Shown here piece after piece: positions 58,558 through 64,000 of a stretch of 64,000 nt of DNA. Made by a program: the position numbers and the translations under genes. Below the pieces are notes generated by a model, which had not been told where the DNA came from, did no database searches, and worked only from the letters and a program-made list of their open reading frames with translations. Position 1 is the first letter of the stretch, and each line of letters begins with the position of its first letter. This DNA is from a virus: IMG/VR virus record IMGVR_UViG_3300028583_001558; one strand, 5' to 3'.

Positions 58558-59523
58558 ATGAGTCTTTTTACTACCGCAACAAAATCGTTACCTAAGGTTG
58601 TTGATCTATTCTCCCCCTCTGATAGTTCATCATCTACCCCTAGCTCTAAATCTCTAGTAGATGCTGTGAGCTCTCCTGATAATGTTTCATCTAAATCTAT
58701 AGACAGTGCAGTTAAGCGTGTTGCTAGCAAAGCACCTGCTGCGCCTACTAGTTCAGGTCTGTCCTCTGCTACGGGTAAGAACATTTCTATTTCTAACTTA
58801 AGTGCTACTGCAGTTAAGAACTTACAAGGATTCTTGCAAGAAGATAGCACTGTAGGTCAAAAGACGGTTAAATTACTAGATGGAACTATTGTAAAGGGGA
58901 TAGCAACGGAGCTTAGCGAGGCAAAAGCGTTTCAAGATATGGTAACTCAGATACACGGTATGTGTAGCGGTACCAGCATTGAAGATAGAACAACGGCGCG
59001 AGCTGTCAACGATACGCTGCTTTTAGAGGCCCTATTACTAGGACTAGCAGGTTTAATCGACTGTCTAGCAGAAGTAGTAGGGTTAGACTTCAGTGCAACA
59101 CGTATTGCCAAGCAGGGCATTGTAGCTGCTAAACGTGGGGATGCGGCTAGTCTTGCTTCTTTATCTAAGTTAGTAGGTTCAGCTAAGCTTAAAGCCAATA
59201 ACCCTAATCTTGTTAATACTCTGCTAAAGAATTACAGTCTTGCAGGTGATAACAACCCGAATAACCATCAACGCGCCGGAGCGACGTTAGTTGAACAAAT
59301 TAAGACCATCGACACTAGCTGGATGCGTAGCGACGCCAGCGGAGATAACGTTAAAGATATTAGTTCTTTGCGTGGTATATCTGACGATGCTAAAACGGTA
59401 TTGTCGACACAAAGTGAAACATCTACGGCTATCATGATTGCCAACGACACGCCTCAGGAAGATCAATCTATACTGATGCGTCGTTTCAATCCCACTAGCC
59501 TAGCTAATAGCCTTAACGCATAA
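58558..59523 (+). CDS. Virion structural protein candidate
   Basis: 321 aa; Ser-rich N-terminus; RBS AAGGAG. Confidence 0.55.
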   Translation: MSLFTTATKSLPKVVDLFSPSDSSSSTPSSKSLVDAVSSPDNVSSKSIDSAVKRVASKAPAAPTSSGLSSATGKNISISNLSATAVKNLQGFLQEDSTVGQKTVKLLDGTIVKGIATELSEAKAFQDMVTQIHGMCSGTSIEDRTTARAVNDTLLLEALLLGLAGLIDCLAEVVGLDFSATRIAKQGIVAAKRGDAASLASLSKLVGSAKLKANNPNLVNTLLKNYSLAGDNNPNNHQRAGATLVEQIKTIDTSWMRSDASGDNVKDISSLRGISDDAKTVLSTQSETSTAIMIANDTPQEDQSILMRRFNPTSLANSLNA

Positions 59524-59527
59524 AGAC

Positions 59528-59567
59528 CCTACCTCTACCTATCATGGGTAGAGGTAGGTTATGCCGT
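59528..59567 (+). terminator. Hairpin + TTATGCCGT element
   Basis: Same 12-bp stem as 46874-46905; motif at 59559. Confidence 0.65.
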
Positions 59568-61441
59568 TATCCACGACCTGTATTACGAGCAACCGCCGCC
59601 AGTATTCTACCGGGAACAGTTGCTGAAACATGCTGCGCATAGAACGCAGGAGATGTCCATTTCTCAAACTCTTGTGTAGCTTGAACAAATCGACGCTTCA
59701 GCTTCTGAACAGGATAGAACTGCTCGGTTAACCCTAGACCACCTAAGATACCCATATAGTCACTAAAGGATGAATCATCATCAAAGAGACCTGGACTATC
59801 ATTAAGTGGCATGTGCATGACTGTTGATAGGTCTTTAACAGATATTGTAACATCTATACCCGTAGGTAGATGATCAACTGACCAACCTATATTACCCACA
59901 CCACGTGTAATAGATACACTGTCGATGATTGATAATCTAGATTGCTGTCGACCTTTAACAAACAGATCACAAAGGAACGGACTGGTATACGACTGCGCAC
60001 CTGTTGATAACGGTAACGCGCCTGCAAGGATCATAGCCAACGGTACGTAGATGTTAGTAAAGATACTCATCTTGTTACCGTAGGGTGCTCTTAGCTCTAG
60101 CGTGTAAGACTCACTGGGTAATTCAGCAACGGAATCCTGCCAGTGTTCCGGGATATCTACAAAGGCACGACCACCTAGAGCAGCTAAACCTGATAAACCT
60201 ACACCATCAGCAACACCAGCAATAACGTCTTTAGCACCGCCTATAATGCCTTCTATGGCTCCAGAGATAACACCATCGCCGATATTACCATCTAAGGTAG
60301 AAAACCTCGCAGAACGCGCTGAGGACGACATACCGTTGATCTTATTGGCAATGTCAGACTCACCAGTTGTGTTAGAGAAAGATTCATTGATAGAGCGATC
60401 AGGATTAACCTTAAAACTCACCCAATGTGAACCATCCGATAACTCACTAGAAAGATGTTCAAAAAACCCAGATTCCCAAGAACCAATAGGATCTTGTTTC
60501 TCTTTATCCGCATCCGCACCCTGAGCCATGGACGTAGAGTGATAACGCGCCATGTAGTCTTTTAATGAAGAACCTGCTGGAATAGGGCCAATGTCTTGCT
60601 CGGTCATACGTCTTGCTGCAGTAGCTAACCCTTCGCTGGTTGTTGCATTTTGAAGCGCAGCCTGCTGTAGGACAATCTGTCGATTACGAATACGTTGAGC
60701 ACGGTTAGCAATCGCATATATGTCAACACCTCCATCTCCACGAAAAACATCCGGCAATAGCTTATTAAACGCTTCTATCTCTTTAGATGTTAACCCCGCC
60801 TCGTAGTTAGGTTCTGCCTTTCCATCCGCGTTAACGGTATAAGAGTCAATATCAGCAGCGCCTATCAAACCCATGTTTACCGCTAAGTTATTAACGATAG
60901 TATTAACCGCGCCCCAGTATAGAGGCATCGTAGGTTTGAGGTAGTAGTATTTACTATATGGCTTATCATCTAAAAAACGATAAATACGTCCAGCAACCAC
61001 AAAAGGAAGTAAGGGGATAGCAAATAGAAATCCAGCTACCTTACCAATGTTGTACAAAACCCCAGTCGATTCGCCTGTACGAGCCAACGTCCCCATTGAA
61101 CTATCAAAGAAGTTAGTAAAGAACGTTGTTAACGAATTGTACTCCGCTACCCCAAAACGCATATGTAGCGTAATTGAGTTATCGTCTATCGCCTCGCTAT
61201 AATAGCGCCCCATACCCTTAGAGGGGCTAAATGGTGCTTTTGCTTTTATATCCGCATGGCGAGTAAACTGAGGGGGGTTATTAATTGTGTAGTTACCACC
61301 TAATGTGGTATCTGTGTATTTTGTTGACGCCATTGAAAACACGCGACGTTTTTTATCAACATCGTCAATGTCTGACTTGCGTAAAAGGAACGCTTGCCTC
61401 AACCATGCTGTATCTTCCAAGACATCTGAAAGTATAGTCAT
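59567..61441 (-). CDS. Baseplate/tail structural protein (phiKZ gp182-like)
   Basis: 624 aa; DTTLGGN..IN.PPQFT.HAD, GMGRYYSEAIDD, LRAPYGN, YTSPFLC motifs. Confidence 0.7.
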   Translation of the reverse strand: MTILSDVLEDTAWLRQAFLLRKSDIDDVDKKRRVFSMASTKYTDTTLGGNYTINNPPQFTRHADIKAKAPFSPSKGMGRYYSEAIDDNSITLHMRFGVAEYNSLTTFFTNFFDSSMGTLARTGESTGVLYNIGKVAGFLFAIPLLPFVVAGRIYRFLDDKPYSKYYYLKPTMPLYWGAVNTIVNNLAVNMGLIGAADIDSYTVNADGKAEPNYEAGLTSKEIEAFNKLLPDVFRGDGGVDIYAIANRAQRIRNRQIVLQQAALQNATTSEGLATAARRMTEQDIGPIPAGSSLKDYMARYHSTSMAQGADADKEKQDPIGSWESGFFEHLSSELSDGSHWVSFKVNPDRSINESFSNTTGESDIANKINGMSSSARSARFSTLDGNIGDGVISGAIEGIIGGAKDVIAGVADGVGLSGLAALGGRAFVDIPEHWQDSVAELPSESYTLELRAPYGNKMSIFTNIYVPLAMILAGALPLSTGAQSYTSPFLCDLFVKGRQQSRLSIIDSVSITRGVGNIGWSVDHLPTGIDVTISVKDLSTVMHMPLNDSPGLFDDDSSFSDYMGILGGLGLTEQFYPVQKLKRRFVQATQEFEKWTSPAFYAQHVSATVPGRILAAVARNTGRG

Positions 61442-61508
61442 AACGGTTTCCTATGATTAAATTTGTAATTAAGTAATGATAGAACGGACATCCTTGTCCT
61501 ATCCTACA

Positions 61509-64000
61509 TTATCCGGTCTTACCCATACCAACAGGCGGTGTAGAACGTTGACGCTGATTAAGCAGTTGTCTACGACGTGCCTCAGCTTGTCGCTGTTTAG
61601 CACGTTCAGCTGCAGCCTCACCACCGCTAACTGGTGCTTCAGACTTAGGAATGACTTCATCACCTTGCAAGTGTTTCCAAATGCGTTTAAGTGTATCATC
61701 CATAGACTGTTGAACATACAGTGACTCATTGAGAATGTTACCAATATAGCCAAGTTGCTCGTTTGCTAGCTCTGCGTACATTTGCTGATGTGCATCTACA
61801 GCGTTTACGCGTTTATCAGAATACTGATTAACCGCGCTGATGTGATCATCTAGAACAACACGCTCTCTTTGCTCTTCTAAAAGAACAGCATTTTGATTAC
61901 GTAAACGTTGTTGGTTGATAACTTCATCAAGATTGATAGTATAACCATTATAAGTGTTAACATCGTTCTTATAACGATTTGAATCTACTACGTCCTCTAT
62001 ACTTGAACGCTGCGTCGCACTATAGTCATCACCCTCACTCACCATCGTACGGTTATCAATGTTAGAATAGTAATTGTCACGGCGTCGTGCTACTTCTTCT
62101 TCACTGATAATACGCGCACCATCTTCGGTGTGATGTTGAATAGCCGAAGTGTTGATCTGTGTAGATCGATCAACCACGGTATCTACACCTGGGTAATATG
62201 TATCCGCATTAGCAGCCATCACACCACCCATAGTCACACCTAACCCACCTAACGCTACCGCATTGTTAGGTATTGAAGGTCTACGTGTTGAGGTCTGGCT
62301 ATTTGAACCGCTACCTAAAGCAAGTACTGAACCGCCTGACACAATAGCCGCTGCTTTAAGCTTACGCGTTAATGCATCTTGAGGTTCCTCAATGACTGTC
62401 TCAGGCATTGCCATTTCCTTATCTCTAGGTGGAGTATAAGAGGCAGGCGGTACTAAACCTGATGTAACCGGTTCAGGGCTATCCTTAGATGCTTCGACAG
62501 TGTCTTTCAACTCACCACCATACTCCTGCATGACACGATTATACTGCGTGACAACGTCATCGCTAGTAGCTTCTTGATCAAAGTAAGGTGACGTATTACC
62601 AATAGCCGGTGAACTCTCTAGAAGTTCAAACGCTTTCTTAGTAAACGGTACGAGTTGATCTTCAGGTAAGTCATCATCTAGATCATCCACATCTAGATCT
62701 TCATCGATGCGATTAGCCAAAGTTGCATATGTTAGCAGCGTGGGTTTAAACGTACCTTCATACCAACGAACAAAGGCTTCTAAATTCTGAGGATTATTCT
62801 TATCCACATTGAATCTTTCACCGTGCTCATCAATAAGGTCATTATAATCAACTTTAGGTAAAGTAGCCTCTCCCCTATCATTAAAGGTGATATCATCGAG
62901 CGACGCTTCTTCTAAAAGACGAATCGCACGAAGTTGACTTCCTTCCTCAGTGTTGATACCCATCTGCTTAAAACGCATATCCTCGATAGGGTCTGCATCG
63001 CTCCTACTGTTAAGATACTGAGCGCCTTTATAAGCACCCCATAACGCAGTTGCAGCCCAACCCACTGGACCTAGCGCTACACGACCGACCGACAACCCAA
63101 CACGCGCTAGTGTCCCTAATGCTTTACCAGCACCACCTAGCATCGACGCGCCTTTACCGACTACTGAAGCAACTTTAGAACCCATACCCGCTAAGGTGGA
63201 TGCACCAGTTCCTACCATACCTGCAAGACCGGAGCCCGCTGCTAGTAACGCCTTACCTGGTGATTTAATAAAATTACCCACGGCACTTAGTCCTTTACCA
63301 CCTAGGGATTTAATCTTACTAAATATACCACGCTTGCCTGAGCTTGCTCTTGCTGCTTTACGCTGCGCTCTACGCTCTCTGCGATCAGCACGACTATCTC
63401 TGTCAAACTGATCACCTAGCGCATCACCTGCGATCTCACTTGCAGCTTCTCCAGCAACATCACCAAAGAAACCACCCTCGTCATCCTCTCCACCAAATAA
63501 GTTAAGTCCTTTAATCTTATCGGTAAGTCCGCCTAAGAAACCGGCTACCCCACCTAACACCGCAGCACCAGGTGTTGATTTAGCAACCGCAGCTTTAGCT
63601 TTATCGGCAAGGCTTTCTTTATTACGCTGGTCTAAATAACTACCATCACGTATACCGTCGCCGTCAGCATCGCCTAAGACTTTCTCTTTCTTAAATGTGC
63701 TGATGAGCGTTTCTTTAAGACTTTCTATAGAGTCCTTCACTTGCATTGATGCGTCAGTTGCTTTATCAGAAACAACTGTATAAGCATCTTTACTAGACTC
63801 TACTAACGATGATAGATTTTGGTTAAGTGTTGAATCGTTCTCTTTGATCTGCGTCTCTAATCCACCCGTCACGTCTCTGACACTCGACAAGACTTGCTTT
63901 GTTAACACGTCTGTCTTTTGTTGAGTACGCTCCATCAACGTATAAAGATGTTTATCCTTGACATCCTTAGACGCTTTAGTTACCACACTGGTAGATCTAT
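61509..64000 (-). CDS. Tape-measure/tail-tube-associated protein, C-terminal part (phiKZ gp181-like), starts outside window
   Basis: Frame open to the window edge; GDADGDG.RD, Gly/Ala-rich helices, F..W....FKP.L block; upstream of the gp182-like gene. Confidence 0.6.
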   Translation of the reverse strand, partial: RSTSVVTKASKDVKDKHLYTLMERTQQKTDVLTKQVLSSVRDVTGGLETQIKENDSTLNQNLSSLVESSKDAYTVVSDKATDASMQVKDSIESLKETLISTFKKEKVLGDADGDGIRDGSYLDQRNKESLADKAKAAVAKSTPGAAVLGGVAGFLGGLTDKIKGLNLFGGEDDEGGFFGDVAGEAASEIAGDALGDQFDRDSRADRRERRAQRKAARASSGKRGIFSKIKSLGGKGLSAVGNFIKSPGKALLAAGSGLAGMVGTGASTLAGMGSKVASVVGKGASMLGGAGKALGTLARVGLSVGRVALGPVGWAATALWGAYKGAQYLNSRSDADPIEDMRFKQMGINTEEGSQLRAIRLLEEASLDDITFNDRGEATLPKVDYNDLIDEHGERFNVDKNNPQNLEAFVRWYEGTFKPTLLTYATLANRIDEDLDVDDLDDDLPEDQLVPFTKKAFELLESSPAIGNTSPYFDQEATSDDVVTQYNRVMQEYGGELKDTVEASKDSPEPVTSGLVPPASYTPPRDKEMAMPETVIEEPQDALTRKLKAAAIVSGGSVLALGSGSNSQTSTRRPSIPNNAVALGGLGVTMGGVMAANADTYYPGVDTVVDRSTQINTSAIQHHTEDGARIISEEEVARRRDNYYSNIDNRTMVSEGDDYSATQRSSIEDVVDSNRYKNDVNTYNGYTINLDEVINQQRLRNQNAVLLEEQRERVVLDDHISAVNQYSDKRVNAVDAHQQMYAELANEQLGYIGNILNESLYVQQSMDDTLKRIWKHLQGDEVIPKSEAPVSGGEAAAERAKQRQAEARRRQLLNQRQRSTPPVGMGKTG

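Noticed and set aside
1-64000. Alternative genetic code or stop-codon reassignment
   Set aside because: Long genes translate intact with the standard code and tile the window densely; TAA, TAG and TGA all serve as stops.
1-64000. tRNA, rRNA genes and inteins
   Set aside because: No cloverleaf or rRNA-like segments were recognised in the short intergenic gaps. RNAP, portal and UvsX lengths match intein-free homologues, with no C-terminal HN-C/S/T signature noticed. A tRNAscan run would be definitive.

Overview
64 kb of a phiKZ-related jumbo phage genome (Chimalliviridae-like, nucleus-forming lineage by inference). Core genes recognised from sequence: the N-terminal part of a DnaB-like helicase, the major capsid protein, a non-virion RNAP beta subunit, portal, RuvC, SbcC ATPase, central tail spike, RNase H, UvsX/RecA, a virion RNAP beta C-terminal subunit, and gp182- and gp181-like tail proteins. 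Accessory blocks include a nucleotide-metabolism cluster (DEDD exonuclease, DHFR, dimeric dUTPase, Tmk), a holin/spanin cassette, an alpha/beta hydrolase, a free-standing HNH endonuclease, and about 17 kb of tail-fibre genes with three tandem ~950-aa paralogues. The most striking non-coding signal is an intergenic element, a GC-rich hairpin directly followed by (T/C)TATGCCGT in place of a U-tract, found at 11 loci. There is also a CTACATTAC early-promoter-like motif and a second, separate spanin-like pair. I saw no tRNA, rRNA, CRISPR array or reverse transcriptase. All family and phiKZ gp-number assignments come from motif recognition, recall and gene order, not from a database search.
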